Shown piece after piece: positions 1 through 8,791 of a stretch of 64,000 bases of DNA. Every line of letters begins with the position of its first letter. Positions within the stretch are counted from its first letter, which is position 1. This stretch comes from an uncultured Actinomycetes bacterium (GTDB lineage: Bacteria; Actinomycetota; Thermoleophilia; UBA2241), in assembly GCA_963767005.1 (NCBI GenBank), contig CAVYCN010000008.1:96001-160000 (forward strand), given 5' to 3'. A model generated the notes under the pieces. It was not told where the DNA came from, searched no databases, and worked only from the letters and a program-made list of their open reading frames with translations. A program made the translations under genes and the position numbers.

Positions 1-2
1 AA

Positions 3-1850
3 CGTCTGCGCGCGGTCATCCCCGACCTCGGGGCGAGCGCCACGATCTTCTTCGCCGACCCCGCCGCGGCGAACGAGGCCTGGGAGCTGCGCCGGGCCTC
101 TCTGCCGCTCCTCATGGGGGCGCCGGGCGTCGAGCGGCCGGCCTCGTTCGTCGAGGACACGGCGGTGCCGCCCGAGCACCTGCCCGACTTCGTCGACGAG
201 TTCCAGCGGATCGTGGCGGCCCACGGCGTGCGCGCCTCGTTCACCGGCCACGCCTCGGCCGGCTGCCTGCACGTGCGTCCGCTGCTCGACTTGAAGACGG
301 CCGCCGGCGTGGCCGGCCTCGACGCGATCGCCCACGAGGTCGGCCGCCTCGTGGCGAGCTTCGGCGGCGCGCTGTCGGGCGAGCACGGCGACGGCTTCTC
401 GCGCTCGTGGTTCAACCCCGAGCTGTTCGGCCTCGAGCTCTACGGCGAGCTCGTCGCCCTCAAGGACCTCTTCGATCCGCGCCGCCTGCTCAGCCCCGGT
501 CGCAAGGTCGAGGGCCCGCCGCTCACCGAGCACCTGCGCTTCGGCGCCGGGTATCGCGACCGCTCGGGCTGGCCGCCGCGGCTCTCGTACGAGCGCGAGG
601 GCGGCTTCGACCTGGCCGTCGAGCGCTGCTTCGGCGCCGGCCTCTGCAAGAAGCAGGTGGGCACGATGTGCCCGCCGGCGGCCGCCTCGCGCGACGAGTC
701 CCTGACGACGCGGGCCCGCGCCAACCTGCTGCAGGCGATCGTCGCCGGCGCCGTGCCGCTGGGCGATCTGGCAGGCGCCGAGTTCGAGGAGGTGCTCGGC
801 ACCTGCGTGGCCTGCAAGGCCTGCGCCGCCGAGTGCCCGGCGGCCGTCGACGTGGCCACCCTCAAGGTCGAGTGGCTCGCCGAGGTCAACGAGCGCGAGG
901 GTGCGCCGCCGCTGGCGCACGCCGTCGCCCGCCTGCGCACGCTGTCGCGCCTGGCGGCGCCGCTCGCGCCGCTCGTGAACGCGCTCGGTCGCAGCCCGCT
1001 GGCCCACGCGCTCGCGCCGCTCGCCGGCGTCGACGGCCGCCGCGGCCTGCCCACGATCGTGCGCCGCCCGCTGTCGCGCCGGGCCGGCGCGGCGCCCGAC
1101 GGCGCCGACGTGGTCGTCTTTGCCGACTGTTTCATCGAGCACCAGGAGCCTCACGTCGGCGAGGCCCTGCTGCGCCTGCTGCGCGCCGCCGGCCACACGC
1201 CGCGCGTCGTCTCCGCCGGGTGCTGCGGCCGCGTGATGCTGTCGGTCGGCATGATCGACAGGGCGCGCCGGGCGGCGCGAGCGACCGCCCGGTCGCTCGC
1301 GCCACACGCCCGCGCCGGCCTGCCGATCGTGTTCGTCGAGCCGTCTTGCCAGGCGATGGTGCTCGACGACTGGCAGCGCCTGCTGCCCGGCGACCGCGAC
1401 GCGGCCGCCGTGGCGGCCGCGTCGCGGTCGAGCCTCGCCCTCGTGGCCGACGCCGCGGCCGCCGGCCGGCTGCGCTTCGCGCCCGGCGGCCGCGCCCTGG
1501 TCCACCCGCACTGCCACGAGAAGGCGGTGTTCGGCGCCGACGACACGCTGCGCGCGCTGGCGGCCGTGCCCGATCTCGACCTCACGGTGCTCGACGCCGG
1601 CTGCTGCGGCATGTCGGGCGTGTTCGGCTACCGCAAGGAGCGCTACGAGCTCAGCCGGGCGATCGCCGAACGCGCCCTGCTGCCCGCTGTCCGCGCCGCG
1701 GGCGACGCGATGGTGCTCGCCACCGGCACTTCGTGCCGCGCCCAGATCGGCGACCTCGCCGGGCGGCCCGCGCGCCACCCTGCCGAGCTGCTCGCCGAAC
1801 GGCTCGTCGAGGCCGGGCAAGGGGTGGCGCCGGTCTCGCCGAATGCATAG
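3..1850 (+). CDS. FAD-linked oxidase / Fe-S and CCG-domain oxidoreductase (GlcD-GlcF/YdiJ-like), 5' truncated by window
   Basis: Frame open from base 3. FVEDTAV, GHASAGCLHVRP and SGEHGDG (FAD-oxidase C-domain), CVACKACAAECP, and two CCG motifs (GCCGR, GCCGMSG). Confidence 0.85.
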   Translation, partial: RLRAVIPDLGASATIFFADPAAANEAWELRRASLPLLMGAPGVERPASFVEDTAVPPEHLPDFVDEFQRIVAAHGVRASFTGHASAGCLHVRPLLDLKTAAGVAGLDAIAHEVGRLVASFGGALSGEHGDGFSRSWFNPELFGLELYGELVALKDLFDPRRLLSPGRKVEGPPLTEHLRFGAGYRDRSGWPPRLSYEREGGFDLAVERCFGAGLCKKQVGTMCPPAAASRDESLTTRARANLLQAIVAGAVPLGDLAGAEFEEVLGTCVACKACAAECPAAVDVATLKVEWLAEVNEREGAPPLAHAVARLRTLSRLAAPLAPLVNALGRSPLAHALAPLAGVDGRRGLPTIVRRPLSRRAGAAPDGADVVVFADCFIEHQEPHVGEALLRLLRAAGHTPRVVSAGCCGRVMLSVGMIDRARRAARATARSLAPHARAGLPIVFVEPSCQAMVLDDWQRLLPGDRDAAAVAAASRSSLALVADAAAAGRLRFAPGGRALVHPHCHEKAVFGADDTLRALAAVPDLDLTVLDAGCCGMSGVFGYRKERYELSRAIAERALLPAVRAAGDAMVLATGTSCRAQIGDLAGRPARHPAELLAERLVEAGQGVAPVSPNA

Positions 1851-1912
1851 ACTGTAAACAGACGACGTCCTTCCGCCAGACGCGGCCGGGCCGTCGTCGT
1901 GCGACGTACCCG

Positions 1913-2146
1913 ATGACCGATGCGGCACAAGCGACGACGCGCGCCCCCGAGGCGGTCGTCGTCGACCTCGCTCTCTGCAAGGCCTGCGGCATCTGCGTCG
2001 AGCTCTGTCCCAAGGACGTCTTCGACACAGACGACCTCGGCCACCCGGTCGTCGCCCGCCTCGCCGACTGCACGAGCTGCACGTTCTGCGAGCGCCACTG
2101 CCCCGACTTCGCGATCGACGTCGTGCCGGCCAAGGGCAGGTCCTGA
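1913..2146 (+). CDS. korD: 2x[4Fe-4S] ferredoxin, delta subunit of 2-oxoacid:ferredoxin oxidoreductase
   Basis: ATG at 1913, inside the longer 407..2146 ORF. CKACGICVELCP and CTSCTFCERHCPD; stop overlaps the korA start. Confidence 0.85.
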   Translation: MTDAAQATTRAPEAVVVDLALCKACGICVELCPKDVFDTDDLGHPVVARLADCTSCTFCERHCPDFAIDVVPAKGRS

Positions 2147-3315
2147 TGCCGCAGCCGCGCCGTCTGGTCGAGGGCAACGAAGCGGTCGCCGAGGGCGCGA
2201 TCGCCGCCGGCGCGCGCTTCTTCGCCGGCTATCCGATCACGCCCTCGACCGAGATCGCCGAGGTGCTGTCGCGCCGCCTGCCCCAGGTCGGCGGCCACTT
2301 CATCCAGATGGAGGACGAGATCGCTTCGATCGCCGCCGTGATCGGCGCCTCGCTGGCCGGCACCAAGGCGCTCACCGCCACCTCGGGCCCGGGCTTCTCC
2401 CTCATGCAGGAGAGCATCGGCTACGCGAGCATGGCGCAGGTGCCCTGCGTCATCGTCGACGTGATGCGCGGCGGGCCCTCGACCGGACTGCCGACCGAGC
2501 CCAGCCAGGGCGACGTCATGCAGGCGCGCTGGGGCACACACGGCGAGCACTCGATCATCGCCCTCGTGCCGAGCACCGTGGCCGAATGCTTCGAGCTCAC
2601 GGTCGAAGCTTTCAACCTGGCCGAGGCCTACCGCACGCCGGTGATCCTGCTGTCCGACGCGACCGTGGGCCACATGCGCGAAGCCGTCGCGCTGCCCACG
2701 TCCGACGAGATCCGGGTCGCCGAGCGCGGCGAGCCGGCCGTGCCGCCCGAGGACTACGACGAGGTCATCTCGACCGTCGACAACATCATGCCGCGCCCGG
2801 CGCTCGGCTCGCGCTACGCGGTGCACGTCACCGGCCTCGTCTACGACCGCAGCCGCGGTGGCGTGCCGGCGACCGGCGCACCCGCCGTGGCCGAGGGCCT
2901 CGGCCGCTACCTGCGCGAGAAGATCTATCACCACCGCGACGCCATCTGCCGTGTCGAGGAGCTCTGGATGGCCGACGCCGAGGTCGCGATCTTCGCCTAC
3001 GGCTCGGTGGCGCGCTCGGCCAAGGCGGCCATGAAGTGGGCCCGCCGGCAGGGCGTCAAGGTCGGCCTCGTGCGGCCCATCACGCTCTGGCCGTTCCCGA
3101 CCGAGGCGGTCGACCACATGGCCGAGCAGGTGCGCACCATCATCGTGCCCGAGATGAACTTAAAGCAGATGAGCTGGGAGGTGCTGGCCGCCACCTCCGG
3201 CCGCGCCAAGGTTGTCGACCACGGCCGCATCGACGGCAAGCTGATCCGCCCCGAGGAGATCCAGGATCTCATCCGGGCCGAGTTCTACTATCACCACTTC
3301 GAGGAGACGTTCTGA
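2146..3315 (+). CDS. korA: 2-oxoacid:ferredoxin oxidoreductase alpha subunit
   Basis: GNEAVAEGA, FFAGYPITPSTEI, QMEDEIAS, TATSGPGFSLM, RGGPSTGLPT motifs. Confidence 0.93.
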   Translation: MPQPRRLVEGNEAVAEGAIAAGARFFAGYPITPSTEIAEVLSRRLPQVGGHFIQMEDEIASIAAVIGASLAGTKALTATSGPGFSLMQESIGYASMAQVPCVIVDVMRGGPSTGLPTEPSQGDVMQARWGTHGEHSIIALVPSTVAECFELTVEAFNLAEAYRTPVILLSDATVGHMREAVALPTSDEIRVAERGEPAVPPEDYDEVISTVDNIMPRPALGSRYAVHVTGLVYDRSRGGVPATGAPAVAEGLGRYLREKIYHHRDAICRVEELWMADAEVAIFAYGSVARSAKAAMKWARRQGVKVGLVRPITLWPFPTEAVDHMAEQVRTIIVPEMNLKQMSWEVLAATSGRAKVVDHGRIDGKLIRPEEIQDLIRAEFYYHHFEETF

Positions 3316-4202
3316 TGGCCCTGGTCGACGAAGAGCTGCTCGAACGGGCGCCCGACGATCGCCGCCTGCCGCGCGTCACGCCGCACCGCACCGCCGAGAT
3401 CGCCAGCCACCTGCGCTCGCCCAAGACGCTCTGGTGCCCCGGCTGCTCCAACGGCATCGTGACACGGGCGCTGATCGACGCCGTGCTCGCGCTCGAGCTC
3501 GACCCCGACCGCACCTGCGTCATCGCCGGCATCGGCTGCGCCGGTCGTATCACCGCCTACCTCAACTGGTCGACCGTCCACACCGCCCACGGACGCGCCC
3601 TGGCCGTGGCGACCGGCGCCAAGGCGGCCGACCCGGGCCTCAAGGTCATCGTCATCATGGGCGACGGCGACTGCGTGGCGATCGGCGGCAACCACCTGAT
3701 CCACGCGGCGCGGCGCAACATCGACCTCACCGCGATCGTCTTCAACAACTCGATCTACGGCATGACCGGCGGCCAGATGAGCCCCACCACCTTCGAGGGC
3801 GACCGCTCCACGACGAGCGTCTACGGCAACGTCGAGCAGGCCTTCGACATCTGCGAGCTGGCGCGCGCCGCCGGCGCCACCTACGTGGCGCGCGGCACGC
3901 CGTACTCGTACAACCGGCTCGCGCAGCTGATCGCCGGCGGCATCGCCCACAAGGGCTTCTCGTTCGTCGAGGCGATGGTCTCGTGTCCCACCTACTACGG
4001 CCGCCAGAACGGTATCCCCAAGGCGTCCGACATGATGAAGCGCCAGCACGAGCGCTCGGTGCCGGTCGAGAAGTTCGACCTGCAGGGACCCCGCCTGCAC
4101 GACCGCTATCCGGTCGGCGTGCTGCACCACGCCGAGCGCGAGGAGTACACGACCGCCTACGCCGGCGTCATCGCGCGTGCCCAGGAGGGGTCGCGTGGCT
4201 GA
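3315..4202 (+). CDS. korB: 2-oxoacid:ferredoxin oxidoreductase beta subunit (TPP-binding)
   Basis: ATG 3315 overlaps the korA TGA. WCPGC, GIGC, HGRA, GDGD..IGGNH, NNSIYGMTGGQMSPT motifs. Confidence 0.93.
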   Translation: MALVDEELLERAPDDRRLPRVTPHRTAEIASHLRSPKTLWCPGCSNGIVTRALIDAVLALELDPDRTCVIAGIGCAGRITAYLNWSTVHTAHGRALAVATGAKAADPGLKVIVIMGDGDCVAIGGNHLIHAARRNIDLTAIVFNNSIYGMTGGQMSPTTFEGDRSTTSVYGNVEQAFDICELARAAGATYVARGTPYSYNRLAQLIAGGIAHKGFSFVEAMVSCPTYYGRQNGIPKASDMMKRQHERSVPVEKFDLQGPRLHDRYPVGVLHHAEREEYTTAYAGVIARAQEGSRG

Positions 4203-4800
4203 GCCGGCCCTCGAAGCGCAGCGCCACGAGATCCGTCTGTCGGGCTCCGGCGGCCAGGGGATCATCCTCGCCGCCACGCTGCTCGCCGACGCGGCGGTCG
4301 CCACCGGCCGCGAGGTGATCGCCACGCAGAGCTACGGCCCCGAGGCCCGCGGCGGCGCCTCGAAGGCCGAGGTCATCGTCTCCGCCGACGAGATCGACTA
4401 CCCCGAGGTCACGGCGCCGGGCATCACCGTGTGTCTCTCGCAAGAGGCCTTCGACGCCTACGCCGCCCGTACGGTGCCCGGCGGTCTCATCGTCTACGAC
4501 GAACGCCTGGTGAAGGCCGCCGAGCTGCCCGGGAGGCGCGCGGTCGGCCTGCCGTTCACCCACATCGCCGAGCAGGAGCTCGGTCGCGCGATCGCCGCCA
4601 ACATCGTCATGCTCGGCGCCCTGCAGGAGCTCACCGGTGTCGTCACCGCCGACCAGCTCGCCGACGCCGTCCGCCGCCGGCTGCCGGCCAAGATCGTCGA
4701 GCTCAACCTGCGCGCCCTCGAGCTCGGCCGCGAGCGTGCCGCCGCCGGCGGACGCCGCCAGCGCGCCGCGCCCCGCGCCCGCTCGCACGCCAAGGCGTGA
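4195..4800 (+). CDS. korC: 2-oxoacid:ferredoxin oxidoreductase gamma subunit
   Basis: GTG 4195 after GGAGGGG. IRLSGSGGQGII, QSYGPEARGG, NIVMLGA motifs. Confidence 0.9.
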   Translation: MAEPALEAQRHEIRLSGSGGQGIILAATLLADAAVATGREVIATQSYGPEARGGASKAEVIVSADEIDYPEVTAPGITVCLSQEAFDAYAARTVPGGLIVYDERLVKAAELPGRRAVGLPFTHIAEQELGRAIAANIVMLGALQELTGVVTADQLADAVRRRLPAKIVELNLRALELGRERAAAGGRRQRAAPRARSHAKA

Positions 4801-4976
4801 ACGTCGTCATCGCCGTGGCCGGCCTCGCCGGCCTTGCGGTCGCCGTCTACTTCCTCGCCGAGCTCGTGGTCGACGCCGTCCGCCGCCGCCAGTTCCTCGA
4901 CATCGGCATCGCCGCCGGCGTCGTCGCGCTCACGGTCTGGCTGCTGCTCGCCTACGGTGACGCGCTGCTCCAGTAG
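4797..4976 (+). CDS. small hypothetical membrane protein (59 aa, two hydrophobic segments)
   Basis: GTGA overlap with the korC stop; high-GC3 codon usage; two hydrophobic stretches separated by RRRQ. Confidence 0.65.
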   Translation: MNVVIAVAGLAGLAVAVYFLAELVVDAVRRRQFLDIGIAAGVVALTVWLLLAYGDALLQ

Positions 4977-5018
4977 GCGCCGCCGGCCTCGCACGAGGCT
5001 GGCTCGGGGGGCGTCCGC

Positions 5019-5046
5019 CTAAGGTTTGGGCCCCGTGTGCCGATAA
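5019..5046 (+). promoter_or_regulatory. sigma28 (FliA/WhiG/SigD)-type promoter
   Basis: CTAA-N16-GCCGATAA (equivalently TAAG-N15-GCCGATAA) upstream of the response regulator. Confidence 0.7.
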
Positions 5047-5161
5047 CCAGGACGCATCCTGCCGGGGACATGCGCCCCGGCGCGGCAGGCGAAGCAAGGC
5101 AGGGTATCACGGTGCGACGAGCGGGCTGCGACCACCTTTCGGCGAGTCTGGAGACCTGGCG

Positions 5162-5749
5162 ATGAGCGCTAAGCGGATCCTGGTCGTCGACGACAACACC
5201 GACGTGCTGCGCCTCGTGAGCGAGGCCCTCACGGCAGCCGGCTACGAAGTGACGACCTCGCCCGACGGCCGTTCGGCCCTGCGCGACGCCGCCCTGTCGC
5301 TGCCCGACCTCATCCTGCTCGACATCGGCCTGCCCGATCACGACGGCTTCACCGTCTACTCGCGGCTGCGCGAGAAGCCGGTGGCGCTCGACTGTCCGAT
5401 CATCTTCCTGACGGCCGCCGCCGACATCGACAGCCGTCTGCACGGCTTCGAGAAGGGCGCGGTCGACTACGTGGTCAAGCCCTTCCACATGAAGGAGCTG
5501 ATCGCCCGGGTCAAGGTGCACCTGCACGATGCGGAGCCGCTCAAGGGCGACGTGCCGAGCCCGCTCACCGAGCGTGAGCGCGAAGTCGTCAAGCTGCTGG
5601 GCAGCGGCAAGACCTACAAGCAGGTCGCGCGCGCCCTGCGCGTGTCGCAGAGCACGATCCGCAACCATCTGCACAACGTCTACCACAAGCTCGAGGTCGT
5701 CGATCGCGCCCAGGCTGTGATCGTGAGCCGCGAGCACGGCTGGATCTGA
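5162..5749 (+). CDS. orphan response regulator (receiver + LuxR-type HTH)
   Basis: ILVVDD, LLDIGLP, FLTA and VKPF receiver motifs; PLTERERE...TIRNHLHNVYHKL LuxR HTH. Confidence 0.9.
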   Translation: MSAKRILVVDDNTDVLRLVSEALTAAGYEVTTSPDGRSALRDAALSLPDLILLDIGLPDHDGFTVYSRLREKPVALDCPIIFLTAAADIDSRLHGFEKGAVDYVVKPFHMKELIARVKVHLHDAEPLKGDVPSPLTEREREVVKLLGSGKTYKQVARALRVSQSTIRNHLHNVYHKLEVVDRAQAVIVSREHGWI

Positions 5750-5805
5750 CCGTACGCCGCCGGGGGGCGGCAGGTCGGCAACGGCGCCCGTGGCGGCGCC
5801 GGACG

Positions 5806-5851
5806 CGCGTGGGGGCGGGGCGCCTGCAAGGCGCCCCGCCCCCACGCGTTT
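5806..5851. terminator. 20-bp perfect hairpin between convergent genes
   Basis: CGCGTGGGGGCGGGGCGCCT-gca-AGGCGCCCCGCCCCCACGCG followed by TTT. Confidence 0.7.
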
Positions 5852-5918
5852 CACCGTTCGTCGCGCCTGGCCGTCGGAGGAGTTCGTCGCCGACGCTCAG
5901 GCCGGCGTGACTGCCTCG

Positions 5919-6167
5919 CTAGTTCGTGTCGAAGGGCATGTCGGGCAGCGACCACCAGCCGGCCAGCACGCGGCGCTCGGTGACGCGGCGGTCGGGTCGG
6001 GGGTGGGGGCCGTCGGACACGCGGCGCTCGGTGTGCCGCCGATCGACGATGATGCGGACGTCGCCGCGCTCGGCATACCGTGTCTCGAGCCGGCGGGCGA
6101 AGAACCCCTCGAGCGCCCTCGGGACGACGATGGTCTTCGGCTCGACGCTCGTCTGCTGGTCGGTCAT
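5919..6167 (-). CDS. small hypothetical protein (82 aa) with tandem DRRxxERR motifs
   Basis: ATG at 6167 preceded by GAGGAGGA; sequence includes DRRHTERR and DRRVTERR. Confidence 0.7.
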   Translation of the reverse strand: MTDQQTSVEPKTIVVPRALEGFFARRLETRYAERGDVRIIVDRRHTERRVSDGPHPRPDRRVTERRVLAGWWSLPDMPFDTN

Positions 6168-6453
6168 GCGGTTCCTCCTCGGCTGCGGGGGGCGCAGGGC
6201 TTGGGATTCGGCCCTCGTGCGGCGAGTCCTGCTGGCCGCGACGCCCTCACTTCTGGAGTCTACGGCTCCCGGTCTCCCGCGAAACGCCGCGGCCGGCTCA
6301 TTTGCGTTGTCCGTCCTGTCAACACCGGGACGGCCGCCCGGTCGGTTCACGGCCGGACGCGAGCTGGCGTATCATCGTGACCATGCCGACCGTGGCGGGC
6401 CATCGTGTTCGAGTGCGGCCCGACCTGCGTGCGGGCGGGGGGGCGCCGCGGCC

Positions 6454-7341
6454 GTGACCGCCCGCCGCCTGTGCGCCATCTACAACCCCACCTCGGGCGG
6501 CGGTCACTTCCGCCGCGACGTGCCGCTGATCGTCGAGTCGCTGCGCGGCCTGGGCTTCACCGTGGAGGAGGCGCCGACCGCCCGCGCCGGGCACGCCACC
6601 GAGCTCGCGGCGGCGGCCGTCGCGGCCGGCGTCGACGTGGTCTGCGCGATCGGCGGCGACGGCACCGTCAACGAGGTCGTGAACGGCATGGCCGGCAGCG
6701 AGGCGCCCCTCGCGATCATCCCGACCGGCACGGTCAACGTGCTCGCCCTCGAGCTCGGCATCCCGCTCGACCCGCCCGACGCCTGCCGCCTGGCGGCCAT
6801 GGGCCACGTCATCGAGATCGACCTGGGCCTCGCCGGCGACCGCTACTTCGCGCTCATGGCCGGCGCCGGGGTCGACGCGGCCGTCGTCTCGTCGCTGAAC
6901 CCCACGCTCAAGCGGGCGCTGCGCGAGGCCGCCTTCGCCATCCAGGGTTTCGCCAAGTACCTGACGAGCGAATCGCCGCTGATCCGTATCGAGACCGAGG
7001 AGGAGTGCGTCGACGGCTACTTCGTGGTGCTCGGCAACGCCGCCAACTACGGCGGCAACTTCGGCGTGACACCGCTCGCCGACATGCGCGACGGGCTGCT
7101 CGACGTCTGCGTGCTCACCGACAAGTCGTTCTTCGAGTTCGCCGGTTACTGGCTGGCGGCGCTGCTGTCGGCGCCCATGCAGCACTCTAAGGTGCGCTAC
7201 TTCCGCACCAGAGAGGCGCGCCTCGCGATCGCGCCCGGCGAGCGCGGCGAGGTCCTCGTGCAGACCGACGGCGAGCCGGCCGGCCGGCTGCCGATCGACT
7301 GCCGGATCGTGCCGCGCGCGCTGCGCGTGGTCGTGCCGTAG
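6454..7341 (+). CDS. diacylglycerol/lipid kinase family protein (YegS/DagK/BmrU)
   Basis: NPTSG, GGDGTVNEV, IPTGTVN and QTDGE motifs; GTG at 6454. Confidence 0.9.
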   Translation: MTARRLCAIYNPTSGGGHFRRDVPLIVESLRGLGFTVEEAPTARAGHATELAAAAVAAGVDVVCAIGGDGTVNEVVNGMAGSEAPLAIIPTGTVNVLALELGIPLDPPDACRLAAMGHVIEIDLGLAGDRYFALMAGAGVDAAVVSSLNPTLKRALREAAFAIQGFAKYLTSESPLIRIETEEECVDGYFVVLGNAANYGGNFGVTPLADMRDGLLDVCVLTDKSFFEFAGYWLAALLSAPMQHSKVRYFRTREARLAIAPGERGEVLVQTDGEPAGRLPIDCRIVPRALRVVVP

Positions 7342-7344
7342 GCG

Positions 7345-7941
7345 CTACAGGCCCATCACGGCGGCGACGGCGCGCAGGCGCTTGACGTAGGCCGCGCGCT
7401 CGGCCGATGCGCGTACGGCGATCTCACCGGGCGCGGCGATCGGCACCACCTTGAACGAGGGGCTGTCGTAGACGCGCAGCTCGAGCGGGTCGTGGTCGTC
7501 GGCGTCGGCCTGGCCGAAGAGCTTGGCCAGCAGAAAGCGCGAGGCGTCGTCGCCGATCGGCACGACGTAGTGCGGCGTGGTGATCGAGATCTCACGGGAC
7601 AGGAACGAGTAGCAGTTGTCCTGCTCGGCGAGGTGGGGCCGGCGCAGGTGGCAGTCGCTGCGCGGCACGCATTTGACGACGGTCGTGAAGAAGGCTTTGG
7701 AGCGGCCGCCGTTCGACAGCGAGGGGATCAGCTCCGCGAGCTCGCGAAGCACGGCGGTGCCGGCCGGCAGGTCGTCGGCCTCTTCTTCGGGCGACGGGTG
7801 CAGGGAGACGAACATGACCTGGGCGTGCGGATGCCCGGCTCCAGAGAGGGCGCGGCGCCGACAGGGCACGAGGTCGTCGCACTTCGTGCACTGTTTCTCG
7901 GCCCGCGCCAGCTCGTCCAGCTTCTCGGCGGCGTCTTCCAT
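7345..7941 (-). CDS. uracil-DNA glycosylase family-4-like Fe-S protein with degenerate catalytic motifs
   Basis: CTKC, VVKCVP and NCYSFL cysteine pattern of family-4 UDG; motif A reads SLHPS; AGGAG RBS before ATG 7941. Confidence 0.7.
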   Translation of the reverse strand: MEDAAEKLDELARAEKQCTKCDDLVPCRRRALSGAGHPHAQVMFVSLHPSPEEEADDLPAGTAVLRELAELIPSLSNGGRSKAFFTTVVKCVPRSDCHLRRPHLAEQDNCYSFLSREISITTPHYVVPIGDDASRFLLAKLFGQADADDHDPLELRVYDSPSFKVVPIAAPGEIAVRASAERAAYVKRLRAVAAVMGL

Positions 7942-8035
7942 GGGGACCACACTCCTTTGCCTCGAGGGTCCGCGACGAAGCGCCCCACCACGGGGGCGCA
8001 GGGGATGAGGAGAGGGGCGGGCGCGGCGCTCGCGC

Positions 8036-8374
8036 TCACGCGCGACCGCCGCGCAGGCGGTACTCGAGCGTGATGGCGTCGCGCGAGCCGATCAGGCAGA
8101 GCAGCAGCTCGTCGCTGAAGGGGGCGAGCACGACGTTCAGGTCGTCGAGCTCGACCGTGATCAGGCGCGTCTCGCGCTGGGCGAGCTCGTCGGCCAGGCG
8201 GGCGGCGATGTCGATCGCGCCGCCGAGGTGGGCGGCCACCGCTTCGGCGTCGAGGCCGGGGTCGGCCGACGCGGCGACCAGGAAGCCGTCGTGCGAGATC
8301 AGCAGGGCGGCCTTGACGCCCGGCCGCTCACGGTAGGGCGCGAGCTTGCTGGCGAGCGCGTCGCTTGCGTTCAT
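8036..8374 (-). CDS. Roadblock/LC7 (MglB-like) domain protein
   Basis: PGVKAALLISHDGFLVAAS...AEAVAA pattern; ATGA overlap with the upstream gene; GGAGG RBS. Confidence 0.85.
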   Translation of the reverse strand: MNASDALASKLAPYRERPGVKAALLISHDGFLVAASADPGLDAEAVAAHLGGAIDIAARLADELAQRETRLITVELDDLNVVLAPFSDELLLCLIGSRDAITLEYRLRGGRA

Positions 8375-8670
8375 GAAGCCTCCAGGGCGGTCGAGATCTG
8401 CGCGCGGACGGCGGCCGCGAAACGGTCGGCGCTGGCGGCGTCGACGAAGGTCCGCGTGAAGCCGTCGGAGCTGCCGGCGATCTCGGAGAGGAAGATGCTG
8501 GTGCGCGGCAGGGGAGCGGCGGCGGCCTCGTCGACGAACCCGTCGAGCGGCAGCTGGATGAGGGTGTCGCCCGACAGGAACAGGCGGTTGAGCTCGCGGG
8601 ACGACAGGCGGACGCGGACGTGCACGGCGATCGCCTGCCCGACCTGCTCGCTGCCGATGTCGATCTCCAC
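8371..8670 (-). CDS. hypothetical protein (99 aa), probably leaderless, co-transcribed with the Roadblock gene
   Basis: High-GC3 codon usage; stop overlaps the Roadblock ATG; promoter ends 6 nt before the GTG. Confidence 0.7.
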   Translation of the reverse strand: MEIDIGSEQVGQAIAVHVRVRLSSRELNRLFLSGDTLIQLPLDGFVDEAAAAPLPRTSIFLSEIAGSSDGFTRTFVDAASADRFAAAVRAQISTALEAS

Positions 8671-8676
8671 GAGCCA

Positions 8677-8706
8677 ATACTAGGTCCACGCTTCGGGCCG
8701 TTTCAA
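8677..8706 (-). promoter_or_regulatory. sigma70-type promoter
   Basis: TTGAAA-N18-TAGTAT on the minus strand, 6 nt upstream of GTG 8670. Confidence 0.6.
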
Positions 8707-8791
8707 GCGGGACGCCGGTGGAAGCCGGCCGGGTGTGACGGTGGAGGGTCGGGACGCTCGACCGCGCGGCGAGCCCGCGGCGAGCGCCGCG

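Noticed and set aside
6170-6360. c-di-GMP-I riboswitch upstream of the DRR peptide
   Set aside because: A GAAA-containing GC stem is present, but I could not find the GGCAAA...GACGCAAAGC pattern on either strand.
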